Assembly (NCBI GenBank): GCA_963733055.1
Contig: CAVTBR010000001.1
Span: 640,001-704,000 of the forward strand
Reading direction: 5' to 3'
Length of the DNA: 64,000 bases
DNA from: Candidatus Bathyarchaeota archaeon
GTDB taxonomy: Archaea; Thermoproteota; Bathyarchaeia; 40CM-2-53-6
Below the pieces are notes generated by a model, which saw nothing but the letters and a program-made list of their open reading frames with translations, searched no databases and had not been told where the DNA came from. The translations under genes and the position numbers were made by a program. This document shows positions 47,753 through 58,669 of this stretch, one piece after another (the first letter of the stretch is position 1; every line of letters begins with the position of its first letter).

Positions 47753-48148
47753 ATGGCGCAGAAAAGTCGACCTATGGGGGTCACGATACTCGCGGTGCTT
47801 CAGGCGATTGGCGGATTATTGTTTCTGCTAGGTGGAGCTGGAATGATGATGGTCGGTTCACTTATGCCGATGGAGGGTTTTGCGATGCCGTTTCTTGGGG
47901 CTTTGGCGGGCGCGGTTGGAGGCATTTTCCTAATTCTCGGCGTAATCTCCCTGGTGATCGCATTCGGTCTCTTCACTGGCAGGGGTTGGGCGTGGCTTTG
48001 CTCGCTAATCTTTGCTGTAATAGGCATAGTCCTAGCACTCTTACAAGCAATCGGCAGCCTAGGCTCAGCAATTCTACCCATTGTAATCTACTTGATAATA
48101 ATCTACTATCTAACCCGACACCACGTGAAAGCCTTCTTCGGAAAGTAG
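47753..48148 (+). CDS. Four-TM membrane protein (RP.GVTIL type, common in archaea)
   Basis: RPMGVTILAVL, G..WAW, IIYYLTR..VKAFF. Confidence 0.75.
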   Translation: MAQKSRPMGVTILAVLQAIGGLLFLLGGAGMMMVGSLMPMEGFAMPFLGALAGAVGGIFLILGVISLVIAFGLFTGRGWAWLCSLIFAVIGIVLALLQAIGSLGSAILPIVIYLIIIYYLTRHHVKAFFGK

Positions 48149-48185
48149 ACAAGCTCACGAGGCTTGTCCCACCCCTTTTCTGGGT

Positions 48186-48659
48186 CTACTTCAGTTGAAG
48201 TAGAGATTCGGTTTCATTTATCTGATCAGAGTAAATCTTCTTGTCTTCTTCGTCTTTGATGGATTCCAATTCCTTGCGCGCTTTTGCGAGGTATTCCCTG
48301 GCAAGTTGATGCTGCTGCGCAACCGCATAGGCCCGGGCGATTCCTTCATAGACGGACGGCAGTAAGTCGGATAGATTATTCTTGATCACCAATTCTAGGG
48401 ACGACTTTGCAAATATTAGGGAGGGTTCTGCCTGTTTGAGGTCAGCGTAGACCCGCGATATTTGCCATTCTCCGACGGCTAGATTTCGGGCGTTCCCGAC
48501 CAACCCCCAATGGTACCTTGATGCGTGTGCCAGGTTAAGCATCTGGATATTGTCGGCCGGTGTTCGATTCTTCTTATCGAGATAGTCCCAAGTCTTGTTG
48601 AAGCATTGTTTCGCCGTTTTTCTATGAAATTCCGATTCCTGCTTTGATAGTGTTGGCAT
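48186..48659 (-). CDS. Conserved helical-repeat (TPR-like) hypothetical protein
   Basis: CFNKTWDYL, AHASRYHW, GEWQISRVY, YEGIARAY. Confidence 0.65.
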   Translation of the reverse strand: MPTLSKQESEFHRKTAKQCFNKTWDYLDKKNRTPADNIQMLNLAHASRYHWGLVGNARNLAVGEWQISRVYADLKQAEPSLIFAKSSLELVIKNNLSDLLPSVYEGIARAYAVAQQHQLAREYLAKARKELESIKDEEDKKIYSDQINETESLLQLK

Positions 48660-48696
48660 AGCTTCGAACCAAATTGCAACGAGTTAGTGTACGATA

Positions 48697-49116
48697 TCAA
48701 GTCTTGTGAACGGTTTTCTGACTCCATTCGCCTTTCTTCAGCTTAAGCCCTGGAATACCCCAACTCCAGGAAATTTGCGGAGTTATCCGCAGATACTTCC
48801 CAGGTCCGAACATACCTTCACGCTCCACGACCTCCGCCGTTCCGAACAACTTTATTCCCCGTGGCTTCCACGGGTCAACTGACTCGAGATCATCGATTAC
48901 TAGCCCAACCCGGCGATTGCCGGCTGTGACGCTCTTGTATTTGCGGGTCCGAAGAAAAATGTCCTGACTGTGGCTTCCAACGTAGAAATACTTGCCATCA
49001 AACTCGAAGGCGACTGGGACAACTTCAGGCTGACCCTTAGTGGACACAGTCGCAATCCTAGCGAGTCGCTGGGACTTCAGGTATTCAATCTCTGGCGTTG
49101 AAAGTGACAAGGCCAC
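48697..49116 (-). CDS. PPOX-class (putatively F420-dependent) split-barrel oxidoreductase
   Basis: YLKSQRLARIATV...G.P.VVPV.F, V.LVIDD..S..PW.PRGI, SWSWGI. Confidence 0.8.
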   Translation of the reverse strand: MALSLSTPEIEYLKSQRLARIATVSTKGQPEVVPVAFEFDGKYFYVGSHSQDIFLRTRKYKSVTAGNRRVGLVIDDLESVDPWKPRGIKLFGTAEVVEREGMFGPGKYLRITPQISWSWGIPGLKLKKGEWSQKTVHKT

Positions 49117-49223
49117 TCGCCTTGTAACTTGCCTAACTATGATTTATTGACTTACCTCTAACCGGTGATTGAAGTCGACCCTAGAATCCGCACATCTCCT
49201 CTACATTCCCGAGTACTCTAATT

Positions 49224-49247
49224 GGTCTACTTTTATCTTGGTAGACC
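49224..49247. promoter_or_regulatory. Inverted repeat GGTCTAC-N10-GTAGACC around a TATA-like TTTTAT, candidate operator
   Basis: Perfect 7-bp arms about 30-55 bp upstream of the VIT1/ferritin-like gene. Confidence 0.45.
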
Positions 49248-49278
49248 GCCTATTCAGAAAACATCAGAACAAGATTGA

Positions 49279-50190
49279 GTGAAAGAAATGAGTAGTGTAA
49301 GCCTCGCGGATTTCGCATACATGAGCGCTGTGGACGAATATACGGACTATGTGGTCTACAAGAAACTGGCGGGCCTAGGGTTTGAGAAACGACACAGATT
49401 CAGCGGCACATTGAAACGACTGTCTGGGATGGAGTATGGACACTACCGTTTTTGGAGCAAGTATTGTCCTGACAGAAAGATCGGCGTAAGCAATCTGAAG
49501 GTTTACTTCATAATTCTCATACGATTGCTGCTCGGAGTCACATTCGCGGTCAAGTTTCTTGAAAGAAACGAAATGGGCACAATCAAGAAGTACAAAGACG
49601 TCGCGCATCAAATTCCACAAAGAGACCGCGCACAGTTCAGAAGGATGGTAGCCGATGAAGTGGAGCACGAGAATAAATTCGCAGAACAATTCGATGAACC
49701 CCACATAAAGTACATTTCATTCATTGTTCTCGGTCTGGCCGACGCCTTAGTGGAGATCGCAGGAATCCATGCAGGTTCACTAGGAATCTATAACCACACG
49801 GAGCTGGCAGGCTTAGCAGGGATCATAGCAGGTGCAGCAGCCTCTATAGCCATGGCATCAGCAGCCTACGCCCAAGCGAAAACCGGCTTCAAAGGGTCAG
49901 CAACTCTTTCAGCAATCTACACGGGAATATCCTATTTCATTACCGCCGTAATCCTAGCCACGCCATACTTTCTCACAACAATTATGGTTGACGCTCTAAC
50001 CGCCTCATTGCTACTCGCGGTTCTATTGATAGCTTTCATAAGCTTCTACGGATCAGTAATTTCCGGCGCCGCATTCAAGAAAGACTTCATCGAAATTACA
50101 AGCATTATGTTCGGTGCAACGGTTGCCCTCTACCTAATTGGAATCGTCATCAGATACCTCGTCGGACCAACCGTTCTAAAACTACTTTGA
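49279..50190 (+). CDS. Ferritin/rubrerythrin-like domain fused to a VIT1/CCC1 transporter domain
   Basis: E..Y..L, EYGH, DEVEHE (di-iron ExxH motifs); IVLGLADALVE, AASIAMASAAY. Confidence 0.85.
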   Translation: MKEMSSVSLADFAYMSAVDEYTDYVVYKKLAGLGFEKRHRFSGTLKRLSGMEYGHYRFWSKYCPDRKIGVSNLKVYFIILIRLLLGVTFAVKFLERNEMGTIKKYKDVAHQIPQRDRAQFRRMVADEVEHENKFAEQFDEPHIKYISFIVLGLADALVEIAGIHAGSLGIYNHTELAGLAGIIAGAAASIAMASAAYAQAKTGFKGSATLSAIYTGISYFITAVILATPYFLTTIMVDALTASLLLAVLLIAFISFYGSVISGAAFKKDFIEITSIMFGATVALYLIGIVIRYLVGPTVLKLL

Positions 50191-50355
50191 TTCTGGCCAC
50201 CTTTCGACAAAAGGAACAAAGCTCATTAGGGGAAATTCATTCCTTATTGAGTGCGGCTTAGTCCGTGTGGTCAACTTGACGCGCAAACCACAAGACGAAG
50301 AGGAATTCCGGCCTGCGTTGGCCGCCTAACTCCCCTCTTTTCTTTTACTTGAGAG

Positions 50356-51889
50356 CTAGCTTGGCTCTTTGATCAGATCCGCCCATACTTTAGCTGGTTT
50401 CCAGTTGTGAACGATAGTTTTGAGTCGGGTCATTTCCTCGATGCTGTACCCAATACCTTCCCTGCCCATCCCCGAATCCTTGTTACCTCCAAAGGGATAG
50501 TAGCCAACACCATGACGAGGGGCGGCATTTATCGTCACTTCGCCGTCCTCCAAACGTTTGGCAACTTTCCTTCCGAGATTCATGTCGTTTGTGAAAACGC
50601 AGGAATCCAACCCGAACCTCGACTTGTTGGCAAGCTGAATGGCCTCGTCAACGTCTCTCACATTTCCAATCGGGATAACAGGCCCGAAGGTTTCCTCCCA
50701 CATAACTCGAGCTTCAAGAGGCACTTCGTTTAGAACGGTAGGTTGATAGTAATTTCCTTCGAACTTTCCGCCGGTCAGCAACTTTGCCCCCTTACTTACA
50801 GCGTCGGTCACTAACCCATGCACTCGTTCTACAGCAGTGTGGTCTATTAGCGGGCCCAACGTAACGGTTGAATCACGTGGATCCCCCATTTTGTACGAGC
50901 CAACTTCCTTCATCAGCTTCTTTACGAATATGTCCGCGACTTCTTTCTCGACAAGTACTCTTGAAATCGCGTCGCATCTTTGGCCGCTGTAGCTCAGCGA
51001 CCCCTTGACAGTTTCAGTCGCGGCAAGGTCTAGGTTGGCGTCTTTGAGTATGATTGCACATCCTTTTCCTCCGAGTTCCATATGCAGCACCTTGAGACCC
51101 GCGACTCGCGCGAGGGTTTTTCCAACCTCAGTACTGCCGGTGAATGTCAGCATGCTAATTTTATCATGGGTTGCGAGGTATTCCCCAATGGGACCTCTCC
51201 CGGTTATCACATTTAGAGAGCCCTTTGGTATACCTGCCAGTTCCAGTAGCCTTGAGAACATGAGGAAGGAAAGTGGGTCTTTGCTTGAGGTTTTTACTAC
51301 GACTGAATTTCCTGCCAGAAGCGCGGGAATAACTTTGGTGGCGGTTATGTATAGTGGGTAATTGAATGGGGCGATTGCCAGAACGACTCCCAACGGTTCC
51401 CTTAGCACATCCGCATCAGTTCCAACCGTCTCATCAGACCAGTCCCCCGGTATGTGTTCCCCTCGGATCTTTCCGTACTCTTCGGGGGTAAGTTTCAACC
51501 GTTCCGCGGTTGCTTTGACTTCGCCTTGAGCATTGGACTTGGGCTTGCCGGCTTCTAATGTTAGGATCGACACGAATGATTCCGAGTTCTGTAGTAGCAG
51601 TTCGCGTGCGCGTTGGAAGATCTCAATCTTGTTCACGGCTGGGATGACTCTGATGGAGCTGCGGTTAGTGTACGCCGCCTCAACTGCGCAGTCCAGCCTC
51701 CTGCTCCGATGAGCTCGGGACGGTTGCAACTAAGCCCTCGTCAATGGGGCTTCGAACTTCAATTCTCTCCTTTAACGAAACCCAGTTTCCCTCAAGAAGC
51801 ATTTTGAATTCTAGGACCCCGGAATCGGCCAATTCGTAGATTGGCTCGAAAACCTTTGCAAGCTTTGTCTCGTGTTGATTTGTTTTCAT
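50356..51889 (-). pseudogene. gapN: Non-phosphorylating NADP-dependent GAPDH (GapN-like aldehyde dehydrogenase) with a single-base frameshift near 51695
   Basis: The N-terminal part (..VRSPIDEGLVATVP..) in 51680-51907 and the rest (PFNYP, FTGS, ELGGK, SYSGQRCDA, EETFGP) in 50356-51729 are in different frames. GGAGGT SD upstream of 51889. Confidence 0.8.
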
Positions 51890-51911
51890 CACTAAAACCT
51901 CCACCAAAATT

Positions 51912-52307
51912 CTAATCGAGTATAGCTTCAGCCTCTATTTCAACGAGAATTTCTGGGCTGATTAACTTCTTGACCTCGACCATGGTAGTCGTCGGCCTGA
52001 TATCCTTGAAGACAGCGCCATGGGCTTTTGCGACCTCTTCCCATCGACTTATGTCGGTGACGTAAATTCTCGTTCGAACCACATCTTCGAGCTTGGAGCC
52101 AACCGATTCTAGCGCTCCTCGAATATTACTTAAAGCCTGAGCGGCCTGCTGCCCCGCATCTCCAATGCCGATCACTTTTCCTTTGGAGTCTGTCGCGGTT
52201 GTGCCGGAGACGTGCACGATTTTACCGACTCTGATTGATCGCGAATAACCTACGATCGGTTCCCATTTTGTCCCTGAAGAATACTTCACTCTATCAGACA
52301 TGTTCAT
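51912..52307 (-). CDS. RidA/YjgF family protein
   Basis: WEPIVGYSR, VSGTT, DVVRTRIYV, RP.TTMVEV, VEIEAEA. Confidence 0.9.
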   Translation of the reverse strand: MNMSDRVKYSSGTKWEPIVGYSRSIRVGKIVHVSGTTATDSKGKVIGIGDAGQQAAQALSNIRGALESVGSKLEDVVRTRIYVTDISRWEEVAKAHGAVFKDIRPTTTMVEVKKLISPEILVEIEAEAILD

Positions 52308-52375
52308 CCACGTTCCATCCGACTTTGACCGCGTCTATAAAGCGGTCCCTACAGGTTTGGTGTTGGGACTAAGGC

Positions 52376-53239
52376 CTAAGCTTTCGCGGCCCTGATGAAC
52401 GAAACGGGCCAGTCAAAGCTGAAGTTTTTGTTTCTTGTGAACTCTCTTAGGGCATTGGCAAGTTCACTGTACAATACTCTACGCTCTTTCTTGGGTAATT
52501 CTTTGAACTCCCGTCTGAGGCTCGCACTACTGAATCGCATGTCAAGGAAATCGTATACCCCGCCAAGGCGAACATGGTATATTCTTTCCTTCACGGTTAA
52601 TCGTGTGAAACCGGCACGTCTAAGCTCCCGAAGCTGAAAGCTCAGGGACATTTTCCGATAGCCGTACCGCTCGAAAGTGGCGAGAGCGGTTCGCTGAGTT
52701 CTCAGCGTAGCCGAAGGATTAACGGTTCGATGTCGTTGCAGGACCTCTCCGAAAATCCTGTGAACTTCAACGTTCTTCAGACGCCAATTACTGTAAGCAA
52801 AACAACCACCCTTCTTGAGAACCCTGTAGGATTCCGTAGCTACCTCATCGAAATTTACGCCCGATATTCCGCAATTCGAGAACACTGAGTCAAAAAGGTC
52901 GTCTGGCAAGTACAAATGCCTGGCATCCATAAACAAGAACCTCAGATTCCTCCGGCTAGTCTTCGAGGCTTTGCGAATTGCCGCGTCCAACATCTGCCTC
53001 GATCGGTCGAAACCGAAAACAAAACCTCCGTGCCCCACAAGCCTAGCCGCCTCTAACGCGGCGACACCGGTCCCAGTCCCAAGATCAAGTGCAACTTGCC
53101 CTCCAGAGACTCCAGCGTCCCTGACCAGATCACGCGCGAATCTACGAAAGATCGGAACCCAATGAAGCTCCCATGCCTCCGCATCTTTGTCCCAGAAACT
53201 CTGGCGAAGTCTATCGGCCTCCTCAACCGTCATCCTCAA
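52376..53239 (-). CDS. Class I SAM-dependent methyltransferase (UbiE-like)
   Basis: LDLGTGTG, GFDRS..ML, MDA..L.LPD..FD, RVLK.GG. Confidence 0.85.
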   Translation of the reverse strand: MRMTVEEADRLRQSFWDKDAEAWELHWVPIFRRFARDLVRDAGVSGGQVALDLGTGTGVAALEAARLVGHGGFVFGFDRSRQMLDAAIRKASKTSRRNLRFLFMDARHLYLPDDLFDSVFSNCGISGVNFDEVATESYRVLKKGGCFAYSNWRLKNVEVHRIFGEVLQRHRTVNPSATLRTQRTALATFERYGYRKMSLSFQLRELRRAGFTRLTVKERIYHVRLGGVYDFLDMRFSSASLRREFKELPKKERRVLYSELANALREFTRNKNFSFDWPVSFIRAAKA

Positions 53240-53353
53240 AGAGTAGCCACTTCACCGTCCGGACCGCGGGCTTGTCAACTTAACGTTTATCACGGCTCAT
53301 ATTAGCGGAAGCAGAATGGAAAATTGGGGAGAGATTAAAGCGGGTAGTTGGTT

Positions 53354-53863
53354 TCAGCTGGTTTGGTAGCGGATAGCTGCGAGTTCTACGTCCCACTGTG
53401 CGTTGTATTCGCCGAGGAAGTCACTGGAAGCGTGCATCAGCACACCACCTGAGCCGTTGCCAATATCCTGTCCGTAGATTACGAAGTAACCTATGCCGCC
53501 ATCTGGAGCTGTGGCTGGGCCCTGGTATACGGAAGTGTGTGCGTCAAAGTTGTAGTCGCCTCTCCACCGTCCGACGTCGACGACGTAATTCTTGTTCCTG
53601 ATTTGAAATGTACCTGACAGTATTTGGAAGATGACATTGTGTGGGCCGACGAAGGTAACTTGCACTGTGAGTTCAAGATTAGCTGGGCCAGTGAGCAATT
53701 GTCCGTTGACCCAAGCCTGGGCTAAACCGTGGAGCGTAACGATTGAATACTGATCTCCGACAGCCAAGGTTCCAGTGTATAACGGATCAGCGAAGACGGA
53801 GGTTATTGAGAGGTTCAGCAGCGCGACTCCGAGCACTATTGGGAGTAGACGTTTTGTCTGCAT
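53354..53863 (-). CDS. Secreted beta-rich hypothetical protein
   Basis: Signal peptide ending VFA-D; GGTGGTGA SD upstream. Confidence 0.65.
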   Translation of the reverse strand: MQTKRLLPIVLGVALLNLSITSVFADPLYTGTLAVGDQYSIVTLHGLAQAWVNGQLLTGPANLELTVQVTFVGPHNVIFQILSGTFQIRNKNYVVDVGRWRGDYNFDAHTSVYQGPATAPDGGIGYFVIYGQDIGNGSGGVLMHASSDFLGEYNAQWDVELAAIRYQTS

Positions 53864-53932
53864 TTTTCTATCACCACCTAGCCCATTGGCTCACCTAATT
53901 TAAGGCGGTTCAGAAGGAATGATCTGGACGAA

Positions 53933-55582
53933 TTGTCAATGACCGTTCGGTCGCCAGAAAGGCCGTGGATGGGTAGTTGGCCTCAACATGTGCCTAAGTC
54001 GATTGATTATCCGGAGATCTCACTAGGTCAGATGCTTCACAAAGCTGCACGAAACTTTCCCAAAAGCCCGGCTTTGTACTATTCGAAGCAGAAGATTACT
54101 TTCTCTGAACTAGAAACGCTTGCGGGAAGGTTTGGAAGCGCTCTCCAAGAATGCGGGGTCAGGAAAGGGGAACGAGTCGCTCTTTATCTCCCGAATATTC
54201 CCGAGTTTGTCGTCGCATATTATGGCCTGCTAGCGATAGGCGCGATCGGGGTTGCAATCAGCCCGCTCTACAAAGAAAGAGAACTTCTCCATATCCTAAC
54301 AGACTCAGAAGCAAGAATCATTGTTTGCTGGGACAGACTCCTAAAAGTGATCGAAGCGGCTCGAAACAAGTGGAAACTCGATCGCATTATCACAGCCACT
54401 GGCCGCGATGAATCGTTGCGATCCCCTACTCGAACTCAGGAAAACTCTACAATAGGAACTGAGAATATGAATACACTTATCGCGAAAAACACCACTCCCC
54501 CATCTCTCGCTGACGTTCAACCCACGAAAGATATCGCGCTCCTTCAATATACCGGGGGAACGACTGGCGCGCCTAAGGGCGCGATGTTAACCCACCATAA
54601 CCTGGTGGCTAACGCGAGCCAGTTCGCCACCTGGCTGGGGATGAAAGCTGGAGAAATTCACGTGGCTGCGTTGCCACTATTCCACATCTACGGCATGACG
54701 GTGGCGATGAACGCGCCCATCCTCACGTCCGGTTCGATCGCCCTTATCTCTGACCCGCGGGACATTGACGCAATTCTTCAAGCCATCGATGATCTGAAGC
54801 CTACTGTATTCTGCGGCGTCCCAGCCACCTACCTCGCAATCATCCATCGACCCGACGTGAACAGAGATAGGATGAGCTCAATTCGCGTTTGCGTATCAGG
54901 AGCGTCACCCCTACCCATGCAAATTCAACAAGAATTCGAACACTTGACCGGGGGGAGACTTGTTGAAGGATACGGTTTGACCGAGGCGAGCCCCGTTACA
55001 CACGTCAACCCACTTGACCGCCCAGGAAAAAATCGTTCGGGTTCAATCGGCATACCAATTTCGGACACGGAAGCGAAGATAGTGGACGCAGAAACGGGAA
55101 TGCATGTTCAGCCAATCGGCACTCCTGGAGAACTCGTGATACGCGGACCACAGGTGATGATCGGTTACTGGCGCAACGCAAACGAGACCTCAGTAACCTT
55201 ACGGAATGGTTGGCTTAACTCCGGCGACATCGCGAGCATGGATTCAGACGGATACTTCCGCATAGTAGACCGCAAGAAGGATATGATCAATGTTTCCGGA
55301 ATGAAGGTCTGGCCGAAGGAAGTGGAAGAAGTACTGTGTGAGCATCCGGCCATCAAAGAAGCGGCCGCAGTATCAACTCCCGACCCTACCAGCGGGGAGG
55401 CTGTTAAGGCGTATGTGGTTCTGAGAGACAATTACAAAGTTACGGCCACAGAAATCGTTAATTTCTGCAAGGAAAAAATTGCCAACTACAAAGCCCCGAA
55501 GATAGTGGTGTTCCGAGAAGCATTGCCAAAGAACTCGATCGGCAAGATCCTTAGAAGAGAACTCAGAAACGAAACAGTCTAG
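53933..55582 (+). CDS. Long-chain fatty acid-CoA ligase (AMP-binding)
   Basis: QYTGGTTGAPKG, LPLFHIYG, EGYGLTE, GDIA, IVDRKKDMI, LPK..IGKILRR. Confidence 0.92.
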   Translation: MSMTVRSPERPWMGSWPQHVPKSIDYPEISLGQMLHKAARNFPKSPALYYSKQKITFSELETLAGRFGSALQECGVRKGERVALYLPNIPEFVVAYYGLLAIGAIGVAISPLYKERELLHILTDSEARIIVCWDRLLKVIEAARNKWKLDRIITATGRDESLRSPTRTQENSTIGTENMNTLIAKNTTPPSLADVQPTKDIALLQYTGGTTGAPKGAMLTHHNLVANASQFATWLGMKAGEIHVAALPLFHIYGMTVAMNAPILTSGSIALISDPRDIDAILQAIDDLKPTVFCGVPATYLAIIHRPDVNRDRMSSIRVCVSGASPLPMQIQQEFEHLTGGRLVEGYGLTEASPVTHVNPLDRPGKNRSGSIGIPISDTEAKIVDAETGMHVQPIGTPGELVIRGPQVMIGYWRNANETSVTLRNGWLNSGDIASMDSDGYFRIVDRKKDMINVSGMKVWPKEVEEVLCEHPAIKEAAAVSTPDPTSGEAVKAYVVLRDNYKVTATEIVNFCKEKIANYKAPKIVVFREALPKNSIGKILRRELRNETV

Positions 55583-55722
55583 CGACTGGCAATCAAGACT
55601 TCCATCTCTTCATCAGTGTGGAAGGTCTATACAAGTTTCTGCCGCGCATCGTCTGGTATTTAGACTAAACAGTTAAGAAGCCGCCAACTTCGAGCCCATA
55701 CAGATTCGCTAAGTGATCCAAG

Positions 55723-57675
55723 ATGGCCCTTCGTGAAATACTTCCAACTACGACGCTGATATTCCCTGAAAACCGTCCGAACATAAAGAAACTCGCCGAG
55801 ATTCATCGAGAAAGCTTGGAGAAACCCGACGCTTTCTGGCGAAAGATTGCTGGTGAACTCTTCTGGTATGAGAAGGAAGGGCCCGCCTTTGAAGAAATGG
55901 CCCAGCCCCCTTATGGTCGTTGGTTCCCGGCGTGGAAGAGTAATATTTCGTATAATGCACTCGATCGCCACGTCTCTGGGCCGAAGAAGAATAAAATCGC
56001 TTACTATTGGGAAGGAGAGAACGGAGACAAACGAACGCTCACTTACAATGAACTTTACGAAGAGGTTAACAAGCTTGCTTCCGCTCTAAAGAAGCTGGGA
56101 ATCAAGAAAGGCGATAGGATCACAATATACCTCCCCATGATTCCTGAACTTCCAATCAGCATGCTGGCAGCGGTTAGAGTTGGAGCGATTCACTCCGTAA
56201 TCTTCGCAGGTTTCACAGCTCAATCAATCGCGAACAGAATAGATGACTCGAAATCAAAGCTTGTCATAACCGCAGATGGGTCTTTCAGGAAAGGAAAGAC
56301 GCTGGAACTCAAAACAATCGTAGACGCAGCCATCAAGCAAACGATTGGCGTCGAAAAAGTCATCGTCGTGAGAAGAGCGAAGAACCAAGTCAACATGGAA
56401 GAGGGACGTGATCTTTGGTATCATGATCTGATAGCTTCGGCTGAGAAGTTCGTCGAGCCGGAACCTGCTGAAGGTATCCACCCAAGCTTCATCCTCTACA
56501 CTTCCGGTACGACTGGAAAACCAAAGGGAACAACCCACAGCAACGGCGGCTATATGACGTGGGCGTATTACACGATGAAAGCGGTTTTCGATGTTAATGA
56601 CAGTGACATCTACTGGTGCACTGCTGATATCGGTTGGATAACCGGACACACGTACATCGTCTATGGGCCTTTGATAAGAGGGATTACCTCACTCATTTAC
56701 GAGGGCACCCCAGACTATCCACAGCCTGATAGATGGTGGGACCTCGTCGAGAAGTACAAGGTCACAATCATCTACACAAGCCCTACGGCAATTAGAATGC
56801 ACATGAAATTCGGCGAACAATGGGCTCAGAAACACACCCTAACAACCTTGAGGCTACTCGGCTCGGTGGGCGAACCAATCAACCCTGAAGCCTGGAAATG
56901 GTACTTCAAGAACATCGGGCGGGAGAAAACGCCCATCGTTGACACTTGGTGGCAAACCGAGACGGGAGGAATCCTAATCAGCCCTCAACCTGGAATCACA
57001 CCGATTCCGCTGAAACAAGGATCGGCAACATTGCCACTTGCTGGCGTTGATGCTGATGTTTACAGTGAGAACGGTACCCCAACCAAACCAGGCGAGAAAG
57101 GTTACATGGTCATTAAACGGCCTTGGCCGGGGCAATTCATGACCCTTTGGCATGATGCTGAGAAGTTCAAACAGGTCTACTTCACAAGGTTCCCAGGGAT
57201 ATATTACGCCGGAGACTTCGCCATGAAGGACGATGACGGTTACTTCTGGCTCCTGGGTCGAGCTGATGAAGTGTTGAAGGTTGCGGGCCATAGAATAGGA
57301 ACAATCGAACTTGAGGATAGTTTGATCGCACACCCCGCGGTGGCTGAGTCTGCTGTAATCGGAAAATCCGACCCCGTGAAGATGGAAGTACCGGTGGCTT
57401 TCGTCGTCCTCAGACCTGGCTTCAACCCAACCCCCGAACTCAAGAAGGAACTCGCAAACCAGGTAAGAAACACAATCGGCCCAATCGCGGTCCCCGAGAC
57501 AATCTACTTCGTCAGCAAACTACCCAAAACACGCAGCGCCAAAATAATGCGACGAGTGATGAAAGCAGTTGTTGAGAATAAGGCCATCGGCGACGTTACT
57601 ACGATCGAAGATGAAACCAGTGTAGAGGAAATGAAGAACGCCTACAGCGGTCTGCAGGCCGAGATTAAGAGCTAA
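55723..57675 (+). CDS. acs: Acetyl-CoA synthetase (AMP-forming)
   Basis: YTSGTTGKPKG, ADIGWITGH, GEPINPEAW, DTWWQTETG, GRADEV, LPKTRSAKIMRR. Confidence 0.95.
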   Translation: MALREILPTTTLIFPENRPNIKKLAEIHRESLEKPDAFWRKIAGELFWYEKEGPAFEEMAQPPYGRWFPAWKSNISYNALDRHVSGPKKNKIAYYWEGENGDKRTLTYNELYEEVNKLASALKKLGIKKGDRITIYLPMIPELPISMLAAVRVGAIHSVIFAGFTAQSIANRIDDSKSKLVITADGSFRKGKTLELKTIVDAAIKQTIGVEKVIVVRRAKNQVNMEEGRDLWYHDLIASAEKFVEPEPAEGIHPSFILYTSGTTGKPKGTTHSNGGYMTWAYYTMKAVFDVNDSDIYWCTADIGWITGHTYIVYGPLIRGITSLIYEGTPDYPQPDRWWDLVEKYKVTIIYTSPTAIRMHMKFGEQWAQKHTLTTLRLLGSVGEPINPEAWKWYFKNIGREKTPIVDTWWQTETGGILISPQPGITPIPLKQGSATLPLAGVDADVYSENGTPTKPGEKGYMVIKRPWPGQFMTLWHDAEKFKQVYFTRFPGIYYAGDFAMKDDDGYFWLLGRADEVLKVAGHRIGTIELEDSLIAHPAVAESAVIGKSDPVKMEVPVAFVVLRPGFNPTPELKKELANQVRNTIGPIAVPETIYFVSKLPKTRSAKIMRRVMKAVVENKAIGDVTTIEDETSVEEMKNAYSGLQAEIKS

Positions 57676-57697
57676 TCGTCCGAGGAGTTGAGCTAAG

Positions 57698-58273
57698 ATG
57701 AGCCAAAAAGAATCTCTGCTAGCGAACCCCGCGCCCCTTGGCTTAATGGGATTCGGGATGACGACGATCTTACTGAATCTAGCTAACGTCGGTCTATTCG
57801 GAGTTAGCAGCATAATCGTCGCAATGGGAATCTTCTACGGTGGTCTAGCACAGATAATAGCTGGCATAATGGAATTCCGAAAGGGCAACACATTCGGAAC
57901 TCTTGCCTTCACCTCCTACGGACTCTTCTGGCTAACCCTCGTCTTCATCATCATATCCTCGGTCGAACGACCCGCCGTTACCCCCGACAACACCGCGTGG
58001 GCAGCATACCTGTTCATTTGGGGGCTCTTCACTCTAGGGATGTTCTTCGGGACACTAAAAACAAACAGAGCCCTTCAAACAATATTCCTATCGCTCGCAA
58101 TACTCTTCTTCCTACTCACCGCCGCACACTTCATCCCACAACTGCAACTAATCGCCGGAATCGAAGGAGTCTTCTGCGGCTTCAGTGCATTCTACCTCTC
58201 CATTGCAGAAATCATAAACGAAGCCCATAAACACGTCATCCTCCCCATCGGCCCCATAAAAGTCAAACAATGA
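57698..58273 (+). CDS. satP: Acetate uptake transporter, GPR1/FUN34/YaaH family
   Basis: ANPAPLGLMGF, FYGG.AQ, GNTFG..AFTSYG.FW; directly follows acs. Confidence 0.92.
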   Translation: MSQKESLLANPAPLGLMGFGMTTILLNLANVGLFGVSSIIVAMGIFYGGLAQIIAGIMEFRKGNTFGTLAFTSYGLFWLTLVFIIISSVERPAVTPDNTAWAAYLFIWGLFTLGMFFGTLKTNRALQTIFLSLAILFFLLTAAHFIPQLQLIAGIEGVFCGFSAFYLSIAEIINEAHKHVILPIGPIKVKQ

Positions 58274-58669
58274 GCAAATAATCAGAAAAACGGCTTCCAA
58301 TTCGTCAAGACTTGCGTCGGCAAGAACACCATACCACGAATGACATTCTTCATTTCTCAGGGGCAGGCTTTGGACTCTCACAATATCAGCGAATAAATCC
58401 GGAACCATTGAGTCTGGAACAAGGGCTTCCGTGTCGGCCTCTATCTCCTGCACACCAAACATCGGTTCCTAACATGCGGCATGCCCTATGGCATGTTCAA
58501 TCTCAACTATGCTACCCGGCGAAAGTGTATCTTGAGCACTGCTCGGTTTACGACTCTAACAAAAAATTAGATTGCAAAACTTTCAATCATCCATGATTGA
58601 CTTGGTTGGCTACTCGGTGTGCAAAGCGATATATCCACACTGAGAGGATATTTTGTCGAGGTGAATGTT

